Source: an uncultured Rhodothermaceae bacterium (GTDB lineage Bacteria > Bacteroidota > Rhodothermia > Rhodothermales > Bin80). From it: a stretch of DNA of 64,000 bases. Every line of letters begins with the position of its first letter. The stretch's first letter is position 1. Under the pieces are notes generated by a model. That model had not been told where the DNA came from. It saw nothing but the letters and a program-made list of their open reading frames with translations, and searched no databases. The translations under genes and the position numbers were made by a program. Location: contig CAZXEU010000121.1 in assembly GCA_964639665.1 (NCBI GenBank), forward strand, positions 48,398 to 112,397. Reading direction: 5' to 3'. Of this stretch, positions 29,542-39,409 are shown in pieces.

Positions 29542-29563
29542 TCAATCGAACCCCACAGAACTC

Positions 29564-29995
29564 ATGGTAATCCGTCAATCTGAAGCATCCTGGGAAGGCG
29601 ATCTTCGCTCCGGGCACGGCAGCATCAAAACGGGCCGCAGCGGCCAGGAACAGGGTTTCTCCTTTGCCTCGCGCCTGGAAAGCGGGGAAGGAACAAGCCC
29701 GGAAGAGCTTGTGGCTGCGGCGCATGCAGGCTGTTACGCCATGGCCCTGTCAAACGAGCTCGCGAGCAGCGGGCACACGCCCGAGCGAGTGGACGCTTCT
29801 GCGGTCGTGCAATTCGGTCCTGACCCGGCTGGCGGGTTTCATATCCCCCGGATCGACCTGACGGTGCGCGCCAGGGTGCCGGGACTGGATGCGGAGACGT
29901 TTCAAGAATTTGCTGAAGGAGCAAGGGTCGGGTGCCCGATCTCCAAGCTCTATGCCGGAACGACCATCGGGCTCGACGCCGAGCTGACCGATTAG
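29564..29995 (+). CDS. osmC: OsmC-type peroxiredoxin
   Basis: It has [33 protein letters not shown] and VGCPISKL. Confidence 0.8.
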   Translation: MVIRQSEASWEGDLRSGHGSIKTGRSGQEQGFSFASRLESGEGTSPEELVAAAHAGCYAMALSNELASSGHTPERVDASAVVQFGPDPAGGFHIPRIDLTVRARVPGLDAETFQEFAEGARVGCPISKLYAGTTIGLDAELTD

Positions 29996-30055
29996 GCCGG
30001 GCAGTCCACGTCCTGTTTCAGGGCTCGGTACCAGGATGCGTTGCAGCGGCCGTCG

Positions 30056-31912
30056 CTAGCGGCGTATCCATACCTGCGCTGTCCGGGGCGCCAATGTCAG
30101 CCCCCCTTCCCCGGCGATTGCAGTACCCGGGAATGCGTTGTCGTACCCGTTCAGGTCAACGGCGAGACTTTGTTCCGCATCCGAGGCGTTGAAGGCGACG
30201 ACGGCACGCCGGTCTCCTAGTGCCCGTGCATATGCCAGCACCCGGGCACTGTCGTCTACCACAAGGTAATCGAGTCTCCCGTCTGCAAACAGGCGCGCAT
30301 GCTGCCGCCGCATCGCGATGAGTTGCCGGTAGACTTCCAGCAGCGCCGTGTCGGGGCTGACAACATCACGCCGCCGGGCCAGACCCATTGGGTGCGCCGA
30401 CTCGTCTTCGTAAGCAAGGTCAGGCCAGACGAGCGGCTTGCGCGTATCCGGATCATCTGCGCCCCACATCCCCATTTCGTCCCCGTTCCAGATCTGGGGA
30501 GCACCCGGATACGTGAACTGCTGCACCAGAATCATGTGCTGGACGCTGCGCGTGCGAGCGTCCGGACGCTCGAGTTTGTATTCGGGATTCTGCCGCGGAT
30601 TGACCCCGTACTTGTAGGGTACCGGATTGTATATGGAAGTGGAGATTCTGGGCGTGTCGTGGCTGGCCGCTAGATTCATCATGGCCTTCTGAAACTGCTC
30701 GGGTATGCCGCGGGAAACCGAGTCCAGGTGCGCCACATACTGCGAGGCGGCAAGATGCGGCGGCGCCTCGGCAAAAAAGCTTCTGGTCGGCATGTACCAC
30801 CGGTAATTCATGACCGCGTCGAATACGTCACCTTGAAGCCACGCCGTCGGATCCTGCATGTGATCAGGCCAGGACTCCCACCACACTTCGCCCACAAGGT
30901 AGGCTTCCGGATTGATGCTGCGTACGAATCGCCGGTAGTCGCGCCAGAATCCGAGGGGAACCATCTCCGCCACATCCAGCCGGAATCCGTCAATGCCGTC
31001 CGACGGATCGCCGTCCCCGTCAGGGTCAAGCCACCGCCGGGTGACATTCAGGATGTGTACCTTGACTTCGGGGTGCATGTCACCTTCATGAGCGCCCCGC
31101 GTGGTGTCCCGTCCCACTTTTGCCAGCTCGGGCAGCTGCTTTACGCCGCTCCAGCCATGGTAGAAGAACTCATTGGTGTCGGCAGTAGCCGGATCGTCAA
31201 ACGAAACGATGTCATACCAGTCGGCAAAACGTGAATCAGCCTGGTGCTCCACAAGGTCGAGCCACGCCCAAAACCTGATACCGGTATGATTCCAGGAGAA
31301 GTCCAGGATGATGCGCATGCCGCGCGCATGCAATTCGCGGACGAGCTCCAGGAAGAGGCTGTCCGCCGCCGTCCACTGCCACGTTTCGGGGTCCAGCGGA
31401 TCCTCCGAGGCCATGATCGCCGCGTCGCCCTCCGGATCAGGGCCGAAGTTGCGATCAATGTGCCGGTAGTTGCGTGCATCAAACTTGTGCAGGGACGGCG
31501 CGTCGTTGACGGGATTGAGGTAAAGCGCCGTCACTCCCAGGTCCTCAAGGTAGTCCAGCTTATCCAATAGACCCTGAAGGTCACCACCGTAGCGGCGGGC
31601 CTGAGCGGCATAGTAGAATCCCCTACCCAGCTCCTCGGCCCAGGGCTCCTGCCTGTACCAGTCCTGTGTCCAGGGCGTCGGATGCCAGTCCACGGACGAG
31701 ATGTCCGGCCGTGCCCCGACCATGTCCGCAGCCGTGGGATCGTTCGACGGGTCGCCGTTGCGAAACCGCTCCACGAAAACCTGATACCAGATGGCATCGT
31801 GTGACCATGCGGGAGCGCCGAGGTGTACGTTGCCGGTATCGCTCCGGGAGCACGACAGCAGTCCCAGCGCAAGAAGCGCAAGAAGTGCCGGGCCGCTAGC
31901 GCAAGTAGTCAT
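30056..31912 (-). CDS. Glycoside hydrolase family 13 (alpha-amylase/neopullulanase-like) lipoprotein
   Basis: The GH13 regions are IWYQVFVERFRNGDPSNDP, GVTALYLNPV, RIILDFSWNHTG (I), DGFRLDVA (II), GEVW (III) and LAASHDT (IV). The lipobox LALGLLSCS follows the ATG at 31912. Confidence 0.85.
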   Translation of the reverse strand: MTTCASGPALLALLALGLLSCSRSDTGNVHLGAPAWSHDAIWYQVFVERFRNGDPSNDPTAADMVGARPDISSVDWHPTPWTQDWYRQEPWAEELGRGFYYAAQARRYGGDLQGLLDKLDYLEDLGVTALYLNPVNDAPSLHKFDARNYRHIDRNFGPDPEGDAAIMASEDPLDPETWQWTAADSLFLELVRELHARGMRIILDFSWNHTGIRFWAWLDLVEHQADSRFADWYDIVSFDDPATADTNEFFYHGWSGVKQLPELAKVGRDTTRGAHEGDMHPEVKVHILNVTRRWLDPDGDGDPSDGIDGFRLDVAEMVPLGFWRDYRRFVRSINPEAYLVGEVWWESWPDHMQDPTAWLQGDVFDAVMNYRWYMPTRSFFAEAPPHLAASQYVAHLDSVSRGIPEQFQKAMMNLAASHDTPRISTSIYNPVPYKYGVNPRQNPEYKLERPDARTRSVQHMILVQQFTYPGAPQIWNGDEMGMWGADDPDTRKPLVWPDLAYEDESAHPMGLARRRDVVSPDTALLEVYRQLIAMRRQHARLFADGRLDYLVVDDSARVLAYARALGDRRAVVAFNASDAEQSLAVDLNGYDNAFPGTAIAGEGGLTLAPRTAQVWIRR

Positions 31913-32267
31913 CGGTCTTGTCCAGCCAGTCCTGCCGGGGCGGACAGAATATGTCCACATCCAGCGTGTCCTCCAGTGCTACGGCCTTGTGCGGCAGGTT
32001 GGAAGGGATAACCAGCACCTCACCTTCGTGCACCACGACCTCCTGCCCCCCCTCGTCTCCCAGCCAGAACCGCATCGAACCCTTGAGCACGTACGTCAAC
32101 TGCTCGTTGTCATGCTGATGCCACGGCACCACGCAATCCTTCTCCAGGTATACGTGAGCGATCATCATGCGCTCTCCGGTGATCAGGCGCCTGCCCAGGA
32201 GCGGCTTGACGGACTCAATGGGCATGTCATCCCAACGGTACAGCGTAGCGAGTGAACGATCCGGCAT
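31896..32267 (-). CDS. Cupin domain protein
   Basis: It has the cupin motifs VPWHQHDNEQLTYVLKG and GEVLVIPSNLPHKA. It is 123 aa. Its 3' end overlaps the GH13 start by 17 nt. Confidence 0.7.
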   Translation of the reverse strand: MPDRSLATLYRWDDMPIESVKPLLGRRLITGERMMIAHVYLEKDCVVPWHQHDNEQLTYVLKGSMRFWLGDEGGQEVVVHEGEVLVIPSNLPHKAVALEDTLDVDIFCPPRQDWLDKTDDYLR

Positions 32268-32358
32268 TTTAATAGATTGTCTGTTCAGTGACGCTGCAAG
32301 ATCCGAAAACTACGGGTGGCCTGCAGTAGAGCGCGACACTACCGATCGGAGGCAAGTC

Positions 32359-34077
32359 ATGGACAAGTCTTGTTGTACACTCCTGGCGGCCGCCGGCATA
32401 GCGGCCGTCCTGACAGGCTGCTACGCCCCCGACGAGTCTGCTACGCTTGTACTGACGAACGGCCACGTCGTGACCGTTGACGGCCTGGTGCCCGAGGCCG
32501 AGGCACTTGCTGTGGCCGGCGACACCATCATGGCCGTCGGCAGCAGCCAGGAGATGGAGGCATACATCGGAGAAAACACGCGGGTCCTGGATCTTGGCGG
32601 CATGCTGGCCATCCCGGGCTTCATCGAGGGCCACGGCCACTACATGGGCATGGGCGAGGCTAGAATGATTCTTGACCTTACGACGGCCTCCAGCTGGCAG
32701 GACATCGTCGACATGGTGGAAGAAGCTGTCGGAGATGCCGAGCCCGGAAGCTGGATCACGGGCCGCGGCTGGCACCAGGAAAAGTGGGACCCGGTGCCGG
32801 AAGGCGTGGTGGACGGCGTACCGACACACCATGACCTGAGTGCCGTTTCGCCCGAGAACCCGGTCTATCTGAGGCATGCAAGCGGGCACGCGGGATTCGC
32901 CAACGAGGCAGCCATGCGCGCCGCGGGTGTCAGCCCCGAGACGCCCAATCCTCCGGGAGGAGAGATCATCCGCGACGCGCGCGGACAGCTGACCGGTCTC
33001 TTCCGCGAAACGGCGGCCGGAGTCATCGGCGCGGCCCTGGCGCGGGCCAGGGAGTCCATGACGCCCGAAGAGCTCGAAGCGGAAGCACGCGAGCAGGCCC
33101 GGCTTGCCGCCGAAGAGAATCTGGCCAACGGCATCACTTCCTTCCAGGATGCAGGCTCCAGCTTCGCCACCATCGATGTGCTGAAGCGCCTGGCAGACGA
33201 GGGCCAGCTGCCCGTGCGGCTCTACGTAATGATTCGCAGCGACAACGAGAGCCTGGCGGAAAAAATGGAGCAGTATCGCATGGTGGGCTATGCCAATAAC
33301 ACGCTCACCGTGAGATCCATCAAGTGGTCCATTGACGGAGCCCTCGGCTCGCACGGCGCGTGGCTGCTGGAGCCGTATGCCGACATGCCTTCCAGCGAAG
33401 GCCTCAATACCGTTGATCCTGCAGCCGTCGTTCGCACCACGGAGCTGGCACTCGAGCACGGCTTCCAGGTAAATGTGCATGCCATCGGTGACCGGGCAAA
33501 TCGCGAGGTGCTCGACATCTTCGAAGGGGCCTATGCCGGCGCGCCGGCGCCGGAAAACCTGCGCTGGCGCATTGAGCATGCCCAGCACCTGCATCCCGAC
33601 GACATTCCGCGCTTTGGCGAATTGGGTGTGATCGCATCCATGCAGGGCGTGCACTGCATTTCCGACGCGCCCTGGGTCATTCGGCGCCTTGGAGAAGCGA
33701 GGGCACGGCAGGGAGCATACGTCTGGCAGGATCTGTGGCAGACCGGTGCCGTGGTAACCAACGGCAGCGACGCCCCCGTGGAAGATGTCGATCCCATCGC
33801 CAGCTTCTACGCCACGGTCAGCCGCAAGCTGGCCGATGGCAGCGTCTTCTACGAAGGCCAGCGCCTCTCCCGGCAGCAGGCTCTGCAGTCCTACACGCTA
33901 AACAATGCCTACGCGGCCTTTGAGGAGGATATCAAGGGTTCCCTGACGGTCGGCAAGCTGGCCGACATCACCGTCCTGTCGAAGGATATCATGACGATAG
34001 AAGAGGACGAGATACCGACGGCCGAAGTGGTCTTCACCATCGTAGGCGGAAGGGTGCTCTACGAGCGAGATGCCTAG
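32359..34077 (+). CDS. Amidohydrolase-3 family metal-dependent hydrolase (YtcJ-like) lipoprotein
   Basis: The start is the ATG at 32359 (MDKSCCTLLAAAGIAAVLTGC). It has GFIEGHGH, VHAIGDRANREVLD, IEHAQH and TNGSDAPVE. Confidence 0.8.
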   Translation: MDKSCCTLLAAAGIAAVLTGCYAPDESATLVLTNGHVVTVDGLVPEAEALAVAGDTIMAVGSSQEMEAYIGENTRVLDLGGMLAIPGFIEGHGHYMGMGEARMILDLTTASSWQDIVDMVEEAVGDAEPGSWITGRGWHQEKWDPVPEGVVDGVPTHHDLSAVSPENPVYLRHASGHAGFANEAAMRAAGVSPETPNPPGGEIIRDARGQLTGLFRETAAGVIGAALARARESMTPEELEAEAREQARLAAEENLANGITSFQDAGSSFATIDVLKRLADEGQLPVRLYVMIRSDNESLAEKMEQYRMVGYANNTLTVRSIKWSIDGALGSHGAWLLEPYADMPSSEGLNTVDPAAVVRTTELALEHGFQVNVHAIGDRANREVLDIFEGAYAGAPAPENLRWRIEHAQHLHPDDIPRFGELGVIASMQGVHCISDAPWVIRRLGEARARQGAYVWQDLWQTGAVVTNGSDAPVEDVDPIASFYATVSRKLADGSVFYEGQRLSRQQALQSYTLNNAYAAFEEDIKGSLTVGKLADITVLSKDIMTIEEDEIPTAEVVFTIVGGRVLYERDA

Positions 34078-34412
34078 GCCTGCCGCCGCCGTGTGAGCAG
34101 CACCAGGAATCCCATGTAGAGCGCGATGAGAAAGGACCCCATCATCTCGCGCCCTTCCTCGTCAAAGAAGTACTGCTGCTCGGACACCACGCGCCAGGCA
34201 TACACTAGACCCGTGACCAATGCGACGGCCCCAAAGGCCGCTGCCGCCGTGGCCGGTAGACGCCGAAAGTGATACAGCACTCCCGCGGTTGCCGCAAGAA
34301 GATAAAGGCCCCACCATATCACCATGTCCGGGTCGTTGTGCTGCCACGCGGCGCACAGGAGAAAGAATCCTGCGGCAGAAAGGTTGACCAGACCGAGAAT
34401 CCTGCCTTTCAT
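34074..34412 (-). CDS. Small membrane protein (112 aa), unknown function
   Basis: Only the C-terminal third of the 359-aa ORF looks protein-like: four hydrophobic helices (LSAAGFFLLCAAW, VIWWGLYLLAATAGVLY, AAFGAVALVTGLVYAW, MGSFLIALYMGFLVLL). The start is the ATG at 34412. Confidence 0.5.
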   Translation of the reverse strand: MKGRILGLVNLSAAGFFLLCAAWQHNDPDMVIWWGLYLLAATAGVLYHFRRLPATAAAAFGAVALVTGLVYAWRVVSEQQYFFDEEGREMMGSFLIALYMGFLVLLTRRRQA

Positions 34413-34651
34413 CGGCTGGAGGTCGCAGCGTCCGGACGCAGCCAGGGGGCACGGCCGCACGAAGAGAAGTATGCCCTGTACCCGGAATTCATGGCAGGAA
34501 GTACAAGCGGGCATTGCAGTACCCGGGCACAGGGGGCGCGTTCCGCACCAGGTCAGCGCTGCCATGGCGGCGGCGCGCAGAGCCTGCCAGCACGCGCCGC
34601 CTCGCAAGGGCGAAGCTGCTGCCACCTGCGTGTGGCGGGGCGGGGGTCCCT

Positions 34652-35995
34652 TTACTCGACTGATGCCACGGCGTCTCTTATGGAGCTGGCCAGCGCCTGG
34701 CGGCGCTCCACCAAGTGGGCCACAAGGCTCGTCTTGCGGCCACGCAGCCAGATGTACCGAACGGCCCTGCGGACACTTCGCGCCTCCTCCGCCCACCGCA
34801 TCGCGACAAAGGCGCAAGGCGGTGCCAGCGCAGCGAGCGCGATCCCCCACAGCGGCGCAGCGAATGCGCCAACGGCTATCGCCAGAGCCATCCACTCGCC
34901 GATCATCAGGGCGGTGCCGCCGAGCAGCTTGATCATGCCCGCCTGGGTGCGGTTGTCCGGCCATGCCGTGCGTGCCAGCGTTCCGGACAGCCGATAAGGG
35001 ATAACCGACAGCAGGAATCCGGCCAGCGCCGGGATGGCAAAAGCGGCGAGAACCAGTACCCTGAACGCCTGCGGCCACCAGCGCAGCCTCGGGGCCTCCA
35101 ACTGCCAGGGATTGGCAACGCCGACGCTGCGCAACAAGCCGGCAAAGCTCCACGCCTCGCCTGCGATATGTTCCAGCAGATCCGGGTCTCGCTTCTGGAG
35201 CGCACGATAGGCATCAAGCAGTCGAGAAGCCCACTCATGCTGGGCCGCCAGATCAGGCTCCACGTCCTCCGGCGCCGTCCAGGCCGCGACGACCGGAATT
35301 GCCTTGACCAGCTGGCTGTTTTCGGCCTCGAGCACCACCCGGCGAAGTCCTTCCTCAATCCGACCGGTCACCGCATGCACAGCCGAGTGCGCATCCGTTT
35401 CATACTGATGGGCGTAATCGGTCACAACAAAGGGTTTTCCTACCGCGACGAGCACGGCGGTCCTGAACCGTGTGTTGTTCTCGTACCACAGTCCAACCGG
35501 GACGACGCGGATCGGGCGATCCCAGCCGCTTTCTTTCGCGGCCCGCAAGGCCATGCGCGCCGCGCCCGTCCTCATGGGCAAAAGACGGGGTTCCGAGTGC
35601 GTCAAGCCCTCGGGAAACAGTGCCATGGCGCCCCCTGAGCGGAGAACTGCTCTGCACCGTGCAAAGGTGGCTTCGTTGCGTTGTCCCATGTCCTCCGCGT
35701 CAGCGGCGCCGCCGCGCAGGCCTACATCCGCCTTTCGAAAGATCGGCACAGCACCAAACGTCGAGGCAATCCTTCCCACGACCGGATTGGCAAAGAGGGT
35801 GCTCTTGGACCAGAACATCACGGGCCGGCGGACAATCGCCATCAGCACGACCGGATCAAGGATCCCGTTTGGATGATTCAGCACGAATATGGCCGGGCCG
35901 TGCTTAAGAAGGTGTTCCTGCCCGCGCACTTCTATCCGCGAATAGAAGAGGCGGACAAGCCGCGTCGCACAGAAATGCAGCAGTCCTTGCACCAT
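34652..35995 (-). CDS. 1-acyl-sn-glycerol-3-phosphate acyltransferase family protein with a C-terminal membrane domain
   Basis: It has the HX4D motif VLNHPNGILDP, FPEGLTHSE, and C-terminal TM helices. The ATG at 35995 lies 5 nt after the upstream stop. Confidence 0.75.
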   Translation of the reverse strand: MVQGLLHFCATRLVRLFYSRIEVRGQEHLLKHGPAIFVLNHPNGILDPVVLMAIVRRPVMFWSKSTLFANPVVGRIASTFGAVPIFRKADVGLRGGAADAEDMGQRNEATFARCRAVLRSGGAMALFPEGLTHSEPRLLPMRTGAARMALRAAKESGWDRPIRVVPVGLWYENNTRFRTAVLVAVGKPFVVTDYAHQYETDAHSAVHAVTGRIEEGLRRVVLEAENSQLVKAIPVVAAWTAPEDVEPDLAAQHEWASRLLDAYRALQKRDPDLLEHIAGEAWSFAGLLRSVGVANPWQLEAPRLRWWPQAFRVLVLAAFAIPALAGFLLSVIPYRLSGTLARTAWPDNRTQAGMIKLLGGTALMIGEWMALAIAVGAFAAPLWGIALAALAPPCAFVAMRWAEEARSVRRAVRYIWLRGRKTSLVAHLVERRQALASSIRDAVASVE

Positions 35996-36000
35996 TCCCG

Positions 36001-36987
36001 CTAGTGGTACGGCAGCGCGCCCAAGATATCCGCGTGGATCTTTCCGTTGGTTGCAACCACGCCCCTGTTGCCGAAAAGGCGGGCGCCGACGGAGAAATCC
36101 AGAGGGTGGCCTGACACGTCCGTTACCGCGCCTCCGGCCTCGGTCAGAATGAGTGAGCCGGCGGCGTGGTCCCAAATCTTTTCTACATAGCCGGAGCGCG
36201 ACGGCAGACGAAGGTAGACGTCCGCGTCGCCGCGGGCCACCACCGCGTACTTGGCCTGGCTGTCCATGCGCACGGGTGGCAGCGAAATACCCAGCTTCTT
36301 TGCCACCCGCGAAGAAATATCAAACGAGGTATGGGCCGCCTCGAACGATTCGCAAAAGCGGGCTTGCGCTACGTTCCTCGTGCGGCTTACGCGAATCGTC
36401 CGGCGAATAGTGCTGCCTCGCAGCGCCACCCTAAGCGCCCCGCCGCCTTCGTGGGCCGCATAAATGCTGCCGCCTTCCGGGTCGGTCCGGTCCGGGCAGG
36501 CCAATGCGGCCGCCCGGACGCTCCCACCAACCACGAGTGCCAGCGCTACCGCGTAATTACGTCCGCCCAGGAATCCCTTGGTCCCGTCCACGGGGTCAAG
36601 GGTCCAGAAGCGTTCAGCATACGCGCGGGTCGAGCCGTAATCGATCCACGCGAGCACATCTTGGACGGAAGACTCCGGATATACCTCCAAGACCAGCCTT
36701 ACCACCTCGTGGAACAGCACGGATCGCGGAGCAGCACGCAGCTCAGAGGCATCCTCCTCCGCCACCACGGGATCGTCCGGGTAGCCGTCCGCAAGCATCC
36801 TGCAGATCACCGCCTGGCTGCCGAAATCCGCCACGGTTACCGGGCTGCGGTCGCCCTTCTGCGCGCTTCCGCTGCCCGGCTGCACACGCTGGCACAGCTT
36901 TGCCGCTTCGCGAACGGCTTCGATGGCGGCTTCCATCTCCCGGCTGTACGTGGCGTTAGCTTGTTGGGCTGATTTTCCCATGAGCAT
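36001..36987 (-). CDS. 3'(2'),5'-bisphosphate nucleotidase / inositol monophosphatase family (CysQ/HAL2-like)
   Basis: It has SPVTVADFGSQ, WTLDPVDGTKGF and WDHAAGSLILTEAGG. The ATG at 36987 overlaps the upstream stop (TAATG). The longer ORF to 37329 is rejected. Confidence 0.75.
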   Translation of the reverse strand: MLMGKSAQQANATYSREMEAAIEAVREAAKLCQRVQPGSGSAQKGDRSPVTVADFGSQAVICRMLADGYPDDPVVAEEDASELRAAPRSVLFHEVVRLVLEVYPESSVQDVLAWIDYGSTRAYAERFWTLDPVDGTKGFLGGRNYAVALALVVGGSVRAAALACPDRTDPEGGSIYAAHEGGGALRVALRGSTIRRTIRVSRTRNVAQARFCESFEAAHTSFDISSRVAKKLGISLPPVRMDSQAKYAVVARGDADVYLRLPSRSGYVEKIWDHAAGSLILTEAGGAVTDVSGHPLDFSVGARLFGNRGVVATNGKIHADILGALPYH

Positions 36988-37439
36988 TAACCGAGGGAAT
37001 GAAAGGCGGGAATGTCCTGCAGGAATGTATACGTTCGCGAGCGAAAATCCACACGGCAGCTGTAATGCTCCAGGCCATTGGTTACCAGGAGGTAGCGGGC
37101 CCGAACCACCAGATTGTACCTGCCAATCTGGTCGAACGCGGTCTGGGCAACAGGCACATCCGGCGCCTTGCATTCCGCCATGAGCACGACCTCGGCCCGG
37201 CGATTGTGTATCACGACATCGGCCCGGCGTCGAAGCCCTTCGTACTCGAATCCCATCTCCACGGCAACCAGGGACGGCGGCACACGTTTTTCCGAGACCA
37301 GGTACCTGACCAGGTGCTGGCGCACCCACTCCTCGGGTGTAAGCCGCACAAACTTCTGCCGTACCGTATCCAGAATCATGGCCTTCCCCTCCGCATGCCT
37401 GATCACAAAGTCGAACGAAGGAAAATCAAGGGGCTGCAT
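36987..37439 (-). CDS. Type I restriction enzyme HsdR N-terminal domain-containing protein (stand-alone)
   Basis: EEWVRQHLVRYLV...RADVVIHNRRAEVVLMAECKAPDV...QIGRYN...YLLVTNG fits the small HsdR_N (PD-(D/E)xK-like) family common in Bacteroidota. Confidence 0.7.
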   Translation of the reverse strand: MQPLDFPSFDFVIRHAEGKAMILDTVRQKFVRLTPEEWVRQHLVRYLVSEKRVPPSLVAVEMGFEYEGLRRRADVVIHNRRAEVVLMAECKAPDVPVAQTAFDQIGRYNLVVRARYLLVTNGLEHYSCRVDFRSRTYTFLQDIPAFHSLG

Positions 37440-37512
37440 GGCTCCGCTGCCTCGCCGTAGCACGGATTGTCGGTCTGGATCACCGCCTTATGGCTGGAGT
37501 ATACGGCGCATT

Positions 37513-37586
<74 letters not shown>

Positions 37587-37816
37587 CACGGTCAGCAGCA
37601 AAGCGAGCCTGATTCGGCATTCGGGTTTGGTACGGCGCGCTCCCGAGATTTCGCGCGACGATCAGTCTTTTCAGGCGGTATGCTCCCGGGTGTCTGGCCG
37701 CTTGAGGCGTGGTCGCGCATTCGAATTCCGAGAATCCCGGGCCGTCGCTATGGGCACCGGGTCCGGATGCGGATCCGGGGCCTTCCGATCGAACCAAAGC
37801 ACTGCCCTGCAGCCCC

Positions 37817-38623
37817 ATGCGCGCTCACTTTGTTCATAGCGTCCTGAGCAAGATGCTGCACGCATCCATGCTGCGAAGGGACGAATCGGTCCTTGCCGTG
37901 TGCGCGGGACCTGCAGAACGGGATGTGTTCCAGGGCCTTGGCTTTACGGACGTAACACTTACCAATCTGGATACCCGGATGACGGCGGCCGAAGTCGCGC
38001 CGTTTTCGTGGGGCATCGAAGATGCGCAGCGCCTGTCATTTGGCGACCAGACCTTTGATATCGTCTTCGTCGCAGACGGTCTTCACCACTGCGGCTCTCC
38101 GCACGCGGGGCTGCTCGAAATGTATCGCGTGGCAAGGCGTGGCATCGTAGTCATCGAGTCCCGGGACAGCCTGATCATGCGACTGGCCAACCGGCTCGGC
38201 CTCTCCCCTGAATACGAACTCGAGGCGGTTTTCGACCACGACGGCAGCGCCGGCGGTCTGAACAATTCCGCCATTCCGAACTTCGTTTACCGCTGGACCG
38301 AGCGAGAATTCTGCAAGGTAGTAAGTAGCTACAACCCGCGCGGAAAGCACGTCTTCCGCTTCCATTATGGCCTCAACCTTCCCAGGGAGACAGCCGAGTT
38401 TCGGAAAAACCCGGCGAAATCCATCACAATCTCCCTCGTCGCGCCTCTGGTCGGTCTGATCACCCGGGTGCTACCCAGACAGTGCAACTCCTTCGCGATG
38501 GTGGCGCTCAAGCCAGAGCTGCCCAGCGGTCTCTGGCCGTGGCTCCGACTGCGAGACGGTGAAGCTGCCCTCGACATGGACTATGCAAGACGGCACCTGA
38601 AGCGGCCTGGCAGCCTGTCCTAG
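37817..38623 (+). CDS. Class I SAM-dependent methyltransferase
   Basis: It has VLAVCAGPAERD (a degenerate motif I), FDIVFVADGLHH and LLEMYRVARRGIVVIE. The start is the ATG at 37817. Confidence 0.65.
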   Translation: MRAHFVHSVLSKMLHASMLRRDESVLAVCAGPAERDVFQGLGFTDVTLTNLDTRMTAAEVAPFSWGIEDAQRLSFGDQTFDIVFVADGLHHCGSPHAGLLEMYRVARRGIVVIESRDSLIMRLANRLGLSPEYELEAVFDHDGSAGGLNNSAIPNFVYRWTEREFCKVVSSYNPRGKHVFRFHYGLNLPRETAEFRKNPAKSITISLVAPLVGLITRVLPRQCNSFAMVALKPELPSGLWPWLRLRDGEAALDMDYARRHLKRPGSLS

Positions 38624-39285
38624 GATGAACGACTATGGGCCTCCAGCTTGAGCGCGCGGGCATTCAGCGCAAGTAGCTGCTTACCCGGCGGATCCGCCGA
38701 CCCGCCATAGGCGACGATCCCGTCCCGGTGCCCGCCCATGGCAAAGACCCCGGAAGCGTGCTTTCCCATATCGGTCGCGAGGCGGCGGACTTCGCGGGCC
38801 ATCGCCGGCGAGCCATACGGTACATCCGCGCCCGTTACCGCCAAACCCAGAGCCGACGCCATGCGCCAGAGCGCGGGTGCGTGCACGTGCATGACCACCC
38901 GAATGTGCGCATCATGGGAATAGAGGGCCGCATGCGTCAGGCTCTCGGATGACGGACGCACCGGTCCCTCCGCCACCAACAGGTTCCGGGCCGGATGCGC
39001 TTCCACCACCAGCGCGTAATGCTCAGGTCCCAAGTCGGCAACGCCGCCGGTCTGCGACCCGGTAATGACGAATCTGCGCTGGTGCGGCAAGGCATTCCAG
39101 GGACCGACCCGCTGGCTTATGTTACCAAAGCCGAAGCCGCCGTAGCGCTGCGGATCGCATCCTATAAGCTGCGCATCATGCAGCCGCTTGCGCCACCGGT
39201 TTACGCTCCCGATGACAGACTCCGGAGGCGGAGACCGCCGGACAAACTGCAGCCTGAACTTAATGATGCCCTCCTCCTGTGCCAT
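38620..39285 (-). CDS. Class II aldolase/adducin-domain protein (221 aa)
   Basis: It has GNISQRV, FVITGSQTG, SSESLTHAALY and VVMHVHAP (a metal-binding His cluster). Confidence 0.75.
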   Translation of the reverse strand: MAQEEGIIKFRLQFVRRSPPPESVIGSVNRWRKRLHDAQLIGCDPQRYGGFGFGNISQRVGPWNALPHQRRFVITGSQTGGVADLGPEHYALVVEAHPARNLLVAEGPVRPSSESLTHAALYSHDAHIRVVMHVHAPALWRMASALGLAVTGADVPYGSPAMAREVRRLATDMGKHASGVFAMGGHRDGIVAYGGSADPPGKQLLALNARALKLEAHSRSS

Positions 39286-39409
39286 GTGCCCTGCTACGGG
39301 GTATTGCAGGCGTGAACTCCGGCCCTGGCCCTCTACACCCGAGCGCCGCCTGCCAATTGCACTGTGGATTTCGTCTTACGCGCCTGCGCCGGCCACGACC
39401 CGATACCAA

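Noticed and set aside
28010-29995. DUF4097 plus two adjacent OsmC paralogues as a possible novel stress module.
   Set aside because: The DUF4097 gene is divergent from the OsmC pair, and both families are common and frequently duplicated. Nothing in the sequence goes beyond ordinary adjacency.
34413-35153. The N-terminal two-thirds of the 359-aa minus-strand ORF 34074-35153.
   Set aside because: It overlaps, out of frame, the well-supported acyltransferase C-terminus (34652 onward) and is Arg/Pro/Gly-rich. Only the last 112 codons (34074-34412) look like a real membrane protein.
36988-37329. The N-terminal extension of the CysQ-like ORF (442 aa as listed).
   Set aside because: The extension overlaps the HsdR_N-domain gene in another frame and is low-complexity. 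The family-typical start MLMGKSAQQ...MEAAIEAV begins at the TAATG junction at 36987.
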